A DNA stretch of 64,000 nucleotides from contig MU053652.1 in assembly GCA_013239625.1 (NCBI GenBank), forward strand, positions 3,771,902 through 3,835,901, in the 5' to 3' direction. The stretch is from Lama guanicoe. Taxonomy: Eukaryota. The notes under the pieces are model-generated. The model saw only the letters and a program-made list of their open reading frames with translations. It ran no database searches and was not told the DNA's origin. How positions within the stretch are numbered: the first letter of the stretch is position 1; each line of letters starts with the position of its first letter. Shown in pieces: positions 24,469 through 36,890 of this stretch. A program made the translations under genes and the position numbers.

Positions 24469-25149
24469 CTGGGGAGACAAGAGGAGATTGTTGGTGGGGA
24501 CTGGCTGCAGCTCCCTAGACGCTTCAGGATATCACTGTCTGCAGCCTCAGGTAATTGCATACCTGCTGTCTAGGTACAAATACATTCCTTTTTTCACCTC
24601 ATTTTGATTCTTTAAAACAGACTATCAGGAAAGAAAAATTTGGAGAAATTGTGGAAGCATGCCTCAGAACAGGGCATGCTCCCCAACTTGCTAAGGGACT
24701 GCACTGCCTGCCTGCCTCCAGCTTAGGACGCACAGGCCCACCACGTATGTATTCTCCTCCCAACAAGTCCACCCCTTCTGACTGCCTTCTTCTCCAGGAA
24801 AGGCTACCATTAATTTTCTTTGATATTTTGCTACACTGATTTCTTCAACCCTCTTTCTGTCTATTCTCAAGTTTCTCTCAGCTTGAAAAAACTTCTCCCT
24901 CAATCCTATCCCGTCTTCTGGGTACTGTCCCTCTCCTCAGAGTCAGCTTACTGAAACAAACAAAAAAAGGCCTAGGTCATTACATTAATTTTCTGATTTT
25001 AGATTTCACAGGCTAGTAAAATTTTAAAATACATTTTGGGGTCAACTTAAAATAAAAGAAGCAACTACCTTCTAATATCATTATTTCACAGTAGAAAGGA
25101 TGGTTTAACAAAATGAGGAAGCAAGTAATTTCAGAAAACGTCAGTCCTT

Positions 25150-26990
25150 CCTAAGAAAGGAAAGTAGATAATTTTATATGACATATTAAAAAAAGATTTC
25201 CAGTTAAATAAGACAGAATAAATGCACATATAGAACTCATCTGCCTCCTAAAATTATATCAGAAGAGGAAAAAAAGATGTGAGTGATGTCAACATATTTT
25301 TGGAAGATGCAAAGCAAATGTAAAGTGGTTCTGACTTATCAGGAAAGGGGAAGCTGCAACTTCTGTGTCCATGGAGGGCTCAGGACATGGAGGCCAAGCT
25401 TTTGCAGAATGAGGGGAAGAGACTAAAGATAGGAGTTAGCTGAAAGTTTGTATTCAAATAATTGGACTAGTAGGTACCACCAACCCCAACACTGAGATGT
25501 TGGCAGGACGTTCGAAGTTCATCCACTGTACTGAGAAACTGACCAGGAAAGGCCCCAGAAACGACCTATGGTTATATTTGGCAGGTGTGGAGATGGCGTG
25601 AGGGGGAGGGTGGGAAACGGGGTGGGGAGACAATGAAAAATCTTGGCTGGTGTCCTAAAGCTTACCATCCTGCCCAAGACCTACAGGTCCCCAGCTCTGC
25701 CCTGCACACCCCGAGAACTGGTGTTTCAGTGTCTCACTCTTACACAGAACACAGAGGTAGCAGAGAAAACATGGGGAGCAGAAGAAAACAAAAAAAACCC
25801 TAATGCCCCAAAACTCTATATTTTCAGAGAGAGAGAAAAGATTTGTAACATAAATTAAAAAGGAATATGAGGAAAAAACCCCCAATAGATGAACTACATT
25901 CCAAAGAAAGATCAGAAGGTAAAGTCAAGGGACTCTTCCAGAGAGTAGAAAAGATTAAAAGATGGAAAGTAGGAGACCTTCAGAGGTCCAATCTCTGACA
26001 AAAGAGAATTCCAGAGAGACTAGAAAAAATAGAAGGTAGGAAATTATTGGACACATTGTAAATAAATTTCTAGAAGTGAAAAGCATCAAGTTTCAGATTG
26101 TGATGTCCACTAGATGTCCTGCACAACAGGTGAAAAAAGATCCAGACACTAAGACACATCTTCACAAAACTTCAGAACACCAGGGATAAAGCAAAGATCC
26201 CAAAAGATTCGAAAAGGGACAAAGAAAGTCATATCCAAAGAACTGGAAATCATAATACTGTCGGACTTTTCAAAAGCAAGCCTGGAGGCTAGAACATAAT
26301 GAAGCAAAGCCTTCAAATCAGAGAAAAAGCTTTCAGCTTAGAATTCTCTCTCCAGCCCATGAAATGATACCTATGTCAGTTAAGTGTGGGGCAGAATAAA
26401 CACATTTTCAGACTTGTAAGGGCTCTAAAAACTGGGCACCCGTGCACTTTCTGTGGAAGCTCTGAAGGGTGTGGCTCACAGAAATGAGAGAGAAAACCTA
26501 AGAAAGAAGTGGCCATGGGATCTAGGAGACAGAGAATCCACTGCAGAGAGCTCTGGGGCAGGAGGAGGGGAAACGGCATGAGCTCGTGGGAAAGAGTACC
26601 AAGAGGGGTTGTACAGAATTGGGTCAAACCGGTGATCACCTCTTCAAAAGGAGAAGAAAAAAAGAAAAGATTAACCATAATAATTATAATACTCTCATCT
26701 TGGCAATGGACAACTTTTATGTTTATAAAGTTTAATGTTTATAATAACATAAACATAGAAACTGAGTTATCAAAAACTTGTGATAAATGTCTCAACTCAA
26801 GAAATAATGATTCAGTCTGTTATTTAGAGCAGTAAAGGTACATACGAGAAAAAAGAGCATGAAGTGTTGCTCCTGGGGTACAAATTATCTTTTTAAAAAA
26901 GGCCTTTTACTTCTTTTTGACATTTAAAGCCATATATCACTTTGATGAAAATAAAAATTAATTTTAAAAGGGATGTTTTACCAGGATATT
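25150..26990 (+). mobile_element. Ancient HAL1/L1 ORF1-like relic
   Basis: A-rich + strand with decayed L1 ORF1-like segments (AGGTCCAATCTCTGAC...CACTAAGACACATC...TCAGAACACCAGGGATAAAG...CTGGAGGCTAGAACATAATGAAGCAAAGCCTTCAAA). Boundaries approximate. Confidence 0.55.
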
Positions 26991-28549
26991 TTCTAATGCA
27001 AAAAAAAAATCCCACATAAAATGAAATGTTACTTTACAACATTAAATTGAATCTAATTGTTTTCTAGAGGTAAGTGTTGGCAGTTTAGGAATGAAGTATT
27101 TGATGATGCAACATGAAATGGGGCTTGCCGTTTTGTTTTGATGACAGTCATTTTTGGGACTCCCTGCTTACCCAGGTGGGCATTAACGTGAATGGAAGGC
27201 ATGCCATCATCCCTCATACTTGAGGCGCTGGGTGGGGCCTGAGAGGAGGAAGGAGGGCCCTACCCACACCACTATGCTGGGAGGAAGCACACTGGGGGGC
27301 CAGGCACTGGCTTCAGAAGGCTGTAGGATTTAATTTCTTTCATCTAGACCTTTGCAAATGGTGCCTACATGTCTTATTAATTCCTCTTTCTGTTCACCTC
27401 TCCCTGCCACCCAAGTTACCCAATCACAAACTTTTCAGATTTCCTGATGTTAAAAAGGTTCCTAAAGTCTATAATAAAGTTCGAATGTTGGGCATTGTAT
27501 TCAGGTCCTCTTATGATTTGTCCAGTCTCATTCCCTCACTCCCCTCACTCCCTGTGCTCTGGGCATCAACCAGCATTCTTCTCAGTTCCCCCAACATATT
27601 GGTCACATTCCTTTCTTTGGGCCCTTGCTCAAGTTGTTCACTACCTGGAATTCTCTTACTGCCCACTCCTTCCCCTTTAAAACCCAGTTCAGTTCTCTCT
27701 CCTCTTGAAAGATTATCCCAGCCCTTGTCTATATACTGACAAGTATAGACAGCATAGACAGCCTCCTTGGGATTCTCAGTAAGGACTAGACAGCAGGGTA
27801 TAATCTGGCTTGGCCCAGTTAATGTGTGTAGCTAGGCCTTCCCACTGGACTGAGGGCCCTGGCTCTGGTTCATATTCTATTGCCCACAGTATGACGTACA
27901 AGGTGTGCCATAAGTTGGCATCAGCATTGCCTCAGGGGCAACAGGCCAAGGGATTCTTCAGCTGGCCTCAACCAATGTGCAGTGGAGCTCTGCTCCCCAG
28001 CCTCTAGACACCAGCATGGGCGTGAGTATATGTGACGACTAGACAGCCCCCTTCCATTACCCTAGTGTTTCTTGACCATCAGCACTTTCAACCTCTTTTC
28101 TAGTCAAAACAGGCAAAGTTAATGAAGTAACCCCAAATGCCCTCTGGCAAAACCAAAACACCTCCAAGGAACCTACACATTAGCAAACAGCAACCAAAAC
28201 CAGGAGCAAAGTTCAGTCTCATTTGACTGTTCTTGCTTCTGGGCTTGATTCAGTTCCAAAAGCTCCAAGCTTGGGGAGTAAGTTACATGCTGTACAAATA
28301 CAGTGACTACTATGAGCAGGGAGATTCTCCCTGACTGTGAGCAACCATCCTGGGTTAGCATTTGGGGTGGAGAGAAACTTAAAGAATTGTCAAGAGTTAA
28401 ATCTCTTTCACCCTGGTTTATGGTGCATTTGAGTTTTCTATGATGTGGGTCCATGCCCAACACTGTTGTTAAAACACTTTTTAGTATCATGGAAGATGTG
28501 CCTCAAAATAAATTGGAGAAAGGTTCAAATGTAAAAATATAAATTGGCT

Positions 28550-29060
28550 GACACTGCTATAACCAGAATGATCTTTTGAACACAAACTGATCTTGTTGCC
28601 CTCTTCAACAATTCTTTAGTGGTTTCCAATGGCTCATGAGATATAAAGTCCAAATCCCTTTGCAGGTATTTAAACCCTTCTTGTTAGCCCCTGTTGTTCA
28701 GCTCAGTGATCCATAATCCCCGCCCACTTTACACTCCAGCCAGGTGAACTATTTGACTGAGGTTCTCTACACACACGCCTCCATGATGTGCATGAACTGT
28801 TACTTCTGCCTGGAATGACTGTCCTCAGCTTGTTCCTTGAATGGACTCCTCTTCTTCCTTCAATGGTCAGCCCCAGTCTCTCCTTCTCTGTCTTAGCTCC
28901 TCTTGTCCCAAGGTTCCACAGCACTTTGCGCTGGCCTCCATGGAGTCAATGGTCATATTCATTACCGCTTATCGCCAAGGAGACTGTGAATTCCTTAAGG
29001 GAGAGATGGAGTCCCCATATTTGAGTCCCTAGCAATCAGCAGGTGCTCAATAAATGATTT
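28550..29060. mobile_element. L2 LINE 3' relic (other probable L2 pieces near 27440-27720, 30600-31030, 59300-59650, 61150-61400)
   Basis: Pyrimidine-rich, ending in the L2 3' signature CAGCAGGTGCTCAATAAATG. Confidence 0.6.
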
Positions 29061-29589
29061 CTACACTCATGAATGAAACCTGCCTTCTGAGATTTCACAA
29101 GGATCCCCTCCTAGGGACTAAGTGGTTGAAGTGGGTGAGTCTTAAGGGTGATTAGGCTGTTTCAGAATGGGAGCGCTCAGTCTACAAAACAGTATTATAA
29201 AAACTACTACAAACTGATAGTATTTCAATTAACAAAACAAAACACTACTACATTCAGAACTCACCCAAATAAAACAATTTTTAAAGATTTCATCTTCTGT
29301 ACATCACCTCACAGGGAAGGAGTCAATTTAGCCTCTACAACTGGGTGATGAAATGATTCCCACACAAAGGTGTCTCGAGAGTGAATACCTGGTGACAGCA
29401 ACTACATATATAAAAAGCCTTTTGGAGGGAGACCTTCCATATACAGGGTCATTTCATGACCTCAAATGCCTTGAAATCCCAAGTCCATTATTTTCTACAT
29501 GCAGTTTCAGCCTACCTCTACCTTAAATAAATGCATTACCATTCCATTGTGGGGATTTTAGAATCTCTCTCTCACACACATGCCATTTT

Positions 29590-29870
29590 GACATGGGATT
29601 AGATTAAATCGTCTCAGTGTCTCTGACCTAGCAGCCTTTATGTCCGCGGCAAGGGAAAGGGGGAGGGGGCTGGAGGCTTGGAAACCCAGCACGCACTAAG
29701 TCCGGCCGGCTGCCCTTGGAAGAGAGATGATTAAATGCTGAGGTACAGTAATCAGGCCAGGATTGTCCCTGCATCTGCTCAGCCTGCCCCTGATTAGCCC
29801 TAATCTAGAGGGCGTATGTTAATCTAAGCTTGTATTCTGGGTCATTTCGATTGATTAGGAAACAGGACGC
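29590..29870. promoter_or_regulatory. Putative photoreceptor-type enhancer (K50 homeodomain/MAF/ROR motif cluster)
   Basis: Eight TAATC cores in ~260 bp plus AAATGCTGA, TATTCTGGGTCA, CATCTG and local CpG retention. Confidence 0.6.
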
Positions 29871-32800
29871 CCTTCCCATTCTACTTTAAGGGCTTCAAGT
29901 TCTCCTTTTTGTTTTTAAGAGAGCCCCTTGCACAACCCTAGTGATAAGACTCTCTTGGCATCTGCATAGCACTTTTCAAAGCCCTCTCACCCTCACTGCG
30001 AATCACTAGATTTCTGCTAAGACTGGAGGAAAGGTGGTATTCTTCCCTTTCACAAACGATGCACAAAGTTCCTTTGGCAGCATCATAGATTTATCATAAA
30101 TAAAGACACATATTCATGAAATCCTGAAGATTTTAGTACCCCAATCTTTCAGAGGTATAAGGAACCTTAGAGTTCATTCAGTTTAGTAAATCTAATCCCC
30201 CCTTTCTTTAAATTCCTAAATAAACAGATAAAAAGTTTATTTAAACAAAACAGACCGAGAGAGACTGATTTTCCCCCCTCAGGATGACTGTGTTTGTGGT
30301 AAAGCGAGGCATCTGGGAGTCTCTGCACGACCAGAATGCCCTTACCATAGAACACGATGGCCAGCAGGGATCCAGAAGAGGGGGAACCCATTCTCTTTGG
30401 GCTCACTGCTGCCTCTCTTCTCTGGTTTTCTTGGTCAGGTTTACAGAATTGGCCAAAATGGAAAAAGAGACCAAAAGAGACTCAGGAACTTCAGATCCCA
30501 GCACAAGGATTTGTGTGTCAAAGAGCAGTCAGACCAAAATCCTGGAGGATTTCACCACATTTCTGGACCTGGCCCTGCTCTAGTTTTCTACCAGTTGGGT
30601 ATCATTCTTGAGCCCAAACAGTCAAACACACTTCTCCCACCTCAACAAGTAGCATTTACGTCTTTCCAGTTGCTCAGGCCAAAAACTTTGAGGTCAAGCC
30701 ATCTCTGACTTCTGGTGCAATTCATCAGCAAATCCTGTCAGCTCTCCCTTCAAATAAAAACCCAGAATTCAACCATGGCTGCTGCCACCCTGGACAAACT
30801 CCTATCCTCTCCTGCCTGGCCTGTGTTTTAGCTTCCCTTGTGATCGCTCTGCTTCAGCCTGGCTCCACTGAACTCTATTCTCCCCAACACAGAAGCTAGA
30901 GGGATCTCCTAAAACTTCCATGCAAAGTGATGGACACGGGGACTGAAAATTCAGACATTTGCTCATGTTAAAGGGCTTGGCCTTGTTTTCTGCAAAACAG
31001 GAGATCATGAGGTTCTACACTGGTTTGTCTCTGATGGTGTTACCAGGGGAGGCTTTGTGGTAGACCATGGGCGCCAATGAGAGTAACTTCAAAGGTTAGG
31101 GTCACAGCCTGTACAGTCTGGATTTATCATTCATGAGCTGATCGACTCTATTCCTGACCTCTGCTGAGGTAATGAGTTTCATCACTTACCTACTACTATG
31201 TAATGGAACACACATACAAACACACACACGTGTATAAATGGAATTTATTTACTTAGGGGAATTCATTTATTCATTCCAAGACTAACTTCTTTTAGTATTC
31301 TGAGATTTGATAAATAAGTATTTTATAATGGTTCGCTAAATCTTCTTGAAATATTGTTTGGCAATGGCCACCCTCACCGTGCTCCCCCCTGCCCCACCGT
31401 CACACTTTTGGTGGCTCTCTACGAAGGGAAAAATACAGTCCAAATAGCTAATAGATGAGGGATTATATAAGACTTTCCCACAAATATTCTACATTATCCC
31501 TTCGTCACAACCATCTCTTTCCCCTCAGTACACCCTAACCACCCCATGTAATTACTCAGGCAGATTCCTCTGCTACCATTACCTTTGCCAACCTAAGTCC
31601 TGTTTTTCAATGATTTCCTTGACTTTCATAGGGTCACCCCAAACAGAACAGCCCATTAGGTTCTCTCCTTCACAGGATTTTACTGCCTCACTATTCATTT
31701 GGCACCAGATCTGTGCTAACCTGTTTCCAAATAGTTTTTCTCTGTATAAATCTGCTTACTTAAGATTGTTGGCAGGACTATGTCTGAATACCGAGCAACC
31801 TGAACATAGTAGATGTTTAATAACTGAATATGACAATTGATCATGTTCTTCATGATTTTCAGAAACTTGATTACATTCCCATTAGCCTTGGCCTCTGCAG
31901 CCTGAGGGGCCTTAGAGCCTTTTACTCTGCTCCGGAATGAGTAGGATTTTCTCCACAACATTCTTAAGGTAGCACAGCCAAATGCTGATGGTCGTTCAGG
32001 TACAGTTTTTGTGAGGGCAGAATAGGCTGTTCTATTTTCATTAACATCTGCCCAGTCAGAAAGACCTACATGTGAATCCTGGCTCTGCCACTTAACTGGC
32101 TGGGGAGCCTCACTTTCATCACATGTAAAATGGTAATTACTCGTTCCACAAGGCTGAGAACCAAATGAGCTGACGTAAAGTTTGGCACAGTGCCCGGCAC
32201 ACAGTAGGTATACGATAGATGTCTGCTGCTTTCAAAGATGACTTTGAATATGAGCTTTGATAAAGTCTGGTTGGGGTCACAGATGTTAGACTAAAGCTCT
32301 CAGGAAGCAGAAAGGAAAGCAGAGACAGCACAGATCTCCTTTCAGCAGCAATTTGCCTCTGCTAGGAAGCACATCATTTGCCAAAGACCTTCAAAGATGT
32401 AAAGATTAGAGATAAAAGCCATGAAATCAGGGCAGATGGACTGGCAGGCAGCTTCCTTTCTGAAACGCAGCAATGGTCGGAACTGGCCCTGGAACTCCAT
32501 CAGGACAGGTATGAAATAGCTGCCCATTCAGGGTATTGGTGAATAAATAACCTAGGTTACGCCACTGATCAATATTAGGAATGTTAAATACATGATCAGG
32601 GACAGTATGATATGATGTCACTGTGCTGATAAATCTCTAAACCCCGAGACTAACAACATGGGCTCAAGCCCAGCAGAGCAGAGCTGCAGGCCTGGTCAGG
32701 GTCAACGGAGAATGACAGACTGCCCCCCCCCCACAAGATAGAGCAGGACAGACGGCCTGAGGAAGAATGGGCCTTTCATTTGCCCTCACAATCTGGGAAA

Positions 32801-33124
32801 CCTTTGGGAATTCTTGTTTCTGTAATTGAATCTTTCAGCCCAAAGGCCTTCCAAGTTGGTCATGGAAATATCTTTCGTTGGGAGAAAAATATTGATGGTT
32901 GTGAGAGAAAAACAGCTAAAGAAATAAATTATCAAACAGACACAACAGTTGGTGGAAGAGCAACAATTCTTTAAACCCAAAGGAAAAATTCACAATGTAA
33001 TGCCTTCTGTGGTTGATGGACATGAAAGCTAACTATATATATTAGGAAAATGCTGGCTTAAATGCGGAACCAGAAGACTGTGACTGAAAAGGATAGGAAT
33101 AAATAAGAAATGAAATCATGTATT

Positions 33125-33291
33125 AAAAAATTATTTATTTATTTATTTACTTACTATTGTGTTATTTATTTTATTTTGGCGGGGGGGTGGTGGTGGAGAT
33201 TAGGTTTATTTTTAGAGGAGGGACTGGGGATTGAACCCAGGGCCTTGTGCATGCTATGCATACGCTCTACCACTTAAGCTATACCCTCCCC
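33125..33291 (-). mobile_element. tRNA-derived SINE, full length with tail
   Basis: Reverse complement GGGAGGGTATAGCTTAAGTGGTAGAG...GGTTCAATCCCCAG...AAATAAACCTAATCTCC...CCCCCCC followed by an (AATA)n tail. Confidence 0.85.
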
Positions 33292-35264
33292 GCCACGTAT
33301 TGTTATTATCTAAGTCACTTCTGTAGTTTTTAAAGAACCATCGAGGGTATCTACAAGCATTATTAGGGGTGACAGGTACAAGGGAAGCCCTTTTAAAAAT
33401 CTTATCTGCAGGCCTGAAAAGAAATTTACATCAGTAACTAACATATAAGGAAATTCACTATTATATGAAGAAAAATATGGTGTGTACTGATGTAGAAATG
33501 AGAGAACATGAAAGGAAATCAGGTAAAGAAGGTAGTCTGTAGGCAACAGATAAAGAGGCTGAGAATAACAACCAAGGACCAGATGGAAAGAAGATCCAGG
33601 TTATCCTCATGATAGCAAGACAAGGAGGAAACAAAAAAACCATTTCTCTCCCAGTGGTTATTTTTCTATTAGCTGCTTCTGGGACATTTAATCTTCCTTT
33701 TCCGTGTTTTTTAAGTTCATGGCTTTTGGGTGCATTTGAGGGATTTATGGATTAAAATATGTATTACATCTGGCAAGTACTGAATATTCTCATGAAGCCA
33801 ATAGCAGCCTCTCAGGTACTTTGGTGTAACAGGCACTTCTCAGCATCCAAGGTTTTCTTCCCTCTTGCTAGACAATCTCAAGCTTCTCTTGGAAAACCCA
33901 CTTTCTAGAATAACTCTTGTAGCAGTGACTTTGTCTGGGTGAGACAGTAACACTGTATCTTTTGCCTTGATTTTGTAGGCCACCTAGAAAATCCTCTCGC
34001 CTGCATCCCATAAGCCAAATGTTAAAAGTGAATTAATTTTTACTTTATTAGTAAATGTATTTCAAAACATATTTTGGAGATATAATTTCACCATTTCCTC
34101 TTGAAATTATTAGATCGCCCAGGAACATGAACAAACTCAGGGTTTTGGGCTTCAGTGTTCAGAATCACCATGGTTTATTATCCTGGGGATTGAGCTCCCA
34201 ATGTGAGGTTGAACAAGCTGACTCCAAGGCCTGCTGATTTGACCAAGAGAGCTTTAAACTGAAAATGGCAGGAGAAAAAAAGTGTTCCATTAAAGCTTCA
34301 GGACATGTATGCACTCAGGAGGACATCTGATCAGAGATGTACAGAGAAGGGCAGAAGGTGTATGGTAAATTTCCAGAGATCACTGGGAAGGAGGGTGGGG
34401 ACACCACCCAAAGTCTCCAAAGTCTGTTTAGTGGACAGGGTGTGGGCAATACGTACAGTGTTGGTTATTTTAAAACAGGAAATGGAGCCAACATGACAGA
34501 AACCTCAGGAGAAAGTTACCAAGCTAATTTAAGAGCTTGTAATAGTCAGGTGTAGAAAGAAATATGAGGGCCAATCAGGAGCTACCCAGAGTTGGAATGG
34601 AGATTTATTAATCTTTCTGTTACTATTTTCAAATTTTTTTACTATGGAAAATTTCTAATAGACACAAATAGAGAGAGACTGGTCAAAGGACCCCCACTTC
34701 CACGTGCTCGCCATCAGTCCTTGCCTCTTCTATCTGAACAGGGACAGACTGAGGCAAAACGCTTCCAAAGATGTTCTCACTTTTCAATCCCTCACTTAGC
34801 CCAATCTTAGGGCACCATTTAGAAAACAAACAAACGAACACTGAAACTTTCTAAGAGCACATAAAGGGCAGAATTAAATTTGCTTTCAGCAGTGACACAC
34901 CGGAAAACAGCAGATTGGAAAGTAGAAATAAACAGTTATGGGGCTTGTTGGTCACAAAGAAAGAAATCTATCTTAATAAACTTCATTTTGATCAAGTACT
35001 TATCCTGCCTTTTCTATCTGGTCTGGACTTCAGCATAACCAAATTGTTAATGGGGATAAGTTCTTTATAAAGAATTTTCAGCTAATTAAGACAGAAGGAA
35101 TGATAACACTGGAGAAATCACCATTTTGTAACTCTTAGTGAAATAATGGATCTACACAAAATCATCAATGGTTACTAAAACCATCAGGTGACCAGGCGAT
35201 GAGGACCACAGAACAGAGGAATTCCACCATCCACGCAGGATGCAGCGCCTGGAAGGACAGCCTC

Positions 35265-35368
35265 TTAGCTATTCTGTCCTCCAGCCACCTCCTCCTTTCT
35301 GCAAAGATGAACCCCCTGTGGCATTCTGTCAGCGTCCACTCGCAATGGGCAATCTGCCATACAGAGGC
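35265..35368 (-). other. NRF1: Degenerate NRF1 alternative exon in the last intron (GLCMADCPLRVDADRMPQG...)
   Basis: Acceptor tattattgtcag| at 35369-35370 is in phase 1 with exon 10. Resembles the recalled human alternative insert GLFMADRAGRKWILTDKATG. The expected donor position reads GG; read-through stop at 35267-35265. Confidence 0.6.
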
Positions 35369-35560
35369 CTGACAATAATACAGAACTTTTACAAGGCACA
35401 AGGGCCACCAGAAAGTGCTGCGGAGGGGAAGCTGCAGGCAGACTGCCTCCCATGCACAGCCTGGTGCCCGGGGTACACAGGCGTCTCTGACACCTACCCG
35501 TGGGGGTTTTACAAATCCTTTGGCAACAAAACAAAAAACCCCCCAAATATAAGAATTTTA

Positions 35561-35660
35561 GGGAGGTGCATAGCTCAGTGGTAGAGCACATGCCTCGCAA
35601 GCATGAGGTCCTGGGTTCGATCCCCAGTACCTCCATTAAAAACAAACAAACAAACAAAAC
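35561..35660 (+). mobile_element. tRNA-derived SINE with (AAAC)n tail
   Basis: GGGAGGTGCATAGCTCAGTGGTAGAGC...GGTTCGATCCCCAGTACCTCC; flanked by a 16-bp direct repeat. Confidence 0.88.
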
Positions 35661-36729
35661 AAATCCTTTGGCAAGTGTGCCAGTCCACTGAGTGCTAATG
35701 GTGCACAGGTGTATCGAGGTACATCTTACAGTCAGCTCTTAGTTGAGCCAAAGGGAGGATAGGTCATTCCCCCACATCGCTCTTCTAAACTGGAATTTAT
35801 GATGTGCTTTCCTTGTAGCAGACTTACTAATTATGTCTTCTTTAAGCTACTATGAAAACTAATTTGTGTTCCTTAAGTACCCAGCAGCTGGGTGCAGGGT
35901 AGAAGGAAGAGATGGTCCAGGCTTACTTACACTGGCTTGCTTAGAGAAACTGTCCAAGAATATAAAATGTGTCATGAGTAATCTGCATGACAGATAATTC
36001 ATGTGTGGCAACTAAGAGTAGACTACATTAGGATAAGTAACATTATATTTACGTGATCTAAGTTCTTGAGGAAAAAGAACTGTCTAAATTTGAGGTAGTA
36101 TAGTTATTTCAAATAGGTTTTCCCCCAGGAGTCAAAGTAACCATGCAGTAGCTCCCAGAGGCAGACAAATGGAGGAAGCAAGCTTAAAGATCCTGCCTTT
36201 GCGCCCCAGAGCTGCGGAAAAATGGAAGATGCCACCAGATCAGTGTTCTACCCCCAGGAGTGCTGTTGTCCATGCCCCATGTTACACAGAATAAACAATT
36301 CATTTACATGCTCTTAGCCCCTGTGTGTTCACATGTCCTCTTGTCAATGAGAAGCTCTGTTTACTGAGAAAAGAACTCTTCAGTCAAACAGTAGGGCTAT
36401 GAAAGCTTAAGGAAGGGAAGGCCCGGCAGCAGGTCAGCTGTAAGTGGATATTCCTACAACTAAAGTCCTTTCTCATGGTTACAATTCATCATTATTATTG
36501 TTTTGTGAGCAGTGGGCAGTGGGTGGGGAAAAGGCATGAGATTCTTGGAGCAAAAAAAATTTAAAGGTGAAAAGATAAAGATCATAGTCAAGTAACATGG
36601 CTAGAAGACATTGTTCCCAAAACATTCAGGCAAATTTCCTTCTCCCTTCCGACAAGGCTGAAACAGAAAGTCCAAGGCTCACTGAAGCAGCCAAGACATT
36701 TCAGGAGGTTCAGGTCAATCTCTAAAACC

Positions 36730-36890
36730 GTCCTGTCCGCTAGAACTCTCTGTGAATGGACGTATTGTATTGTGCGCTGGCCAGTAAAGTGGCTACAGAG
36801 TCACTTGAAATGTGGCTAGTGTAACTGAGGGAATGAGTCTTTAATTTTATCTGATTTTAATTTCAGTTTAAATAGCCAGAGCACAGCTCT
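36730..36890. mobile_element. MER3-like relic
   Basis: CACTTGAAATGTGGCTAGTGTAACTGAGG...TTTAAATAGCCA. Confidence 0.6.

Noticed and set aside
24222..24560. ORF-track proteins over NRF1 exons in other frames (also 49543-49878, 49650-49850)
   Set aside because: Wrong frame or strand; splice phases give a different, fully NRF1-matching frame.
35561..35635. tRNA gene (intact A and B boxes)
   Set aside because: Has an (AAAC)n tail, a target-site duplication and diverged sibling copies in the window, so it is a SINE rather than a tRNA.
35931..35982. Additional minus-strand NRF1 cassette exon (cag|...|gtaagt)
   Set aside because: 52 nt (frameshifting), poor pyrimidine tract, no similarity to known NRF1 sequence.
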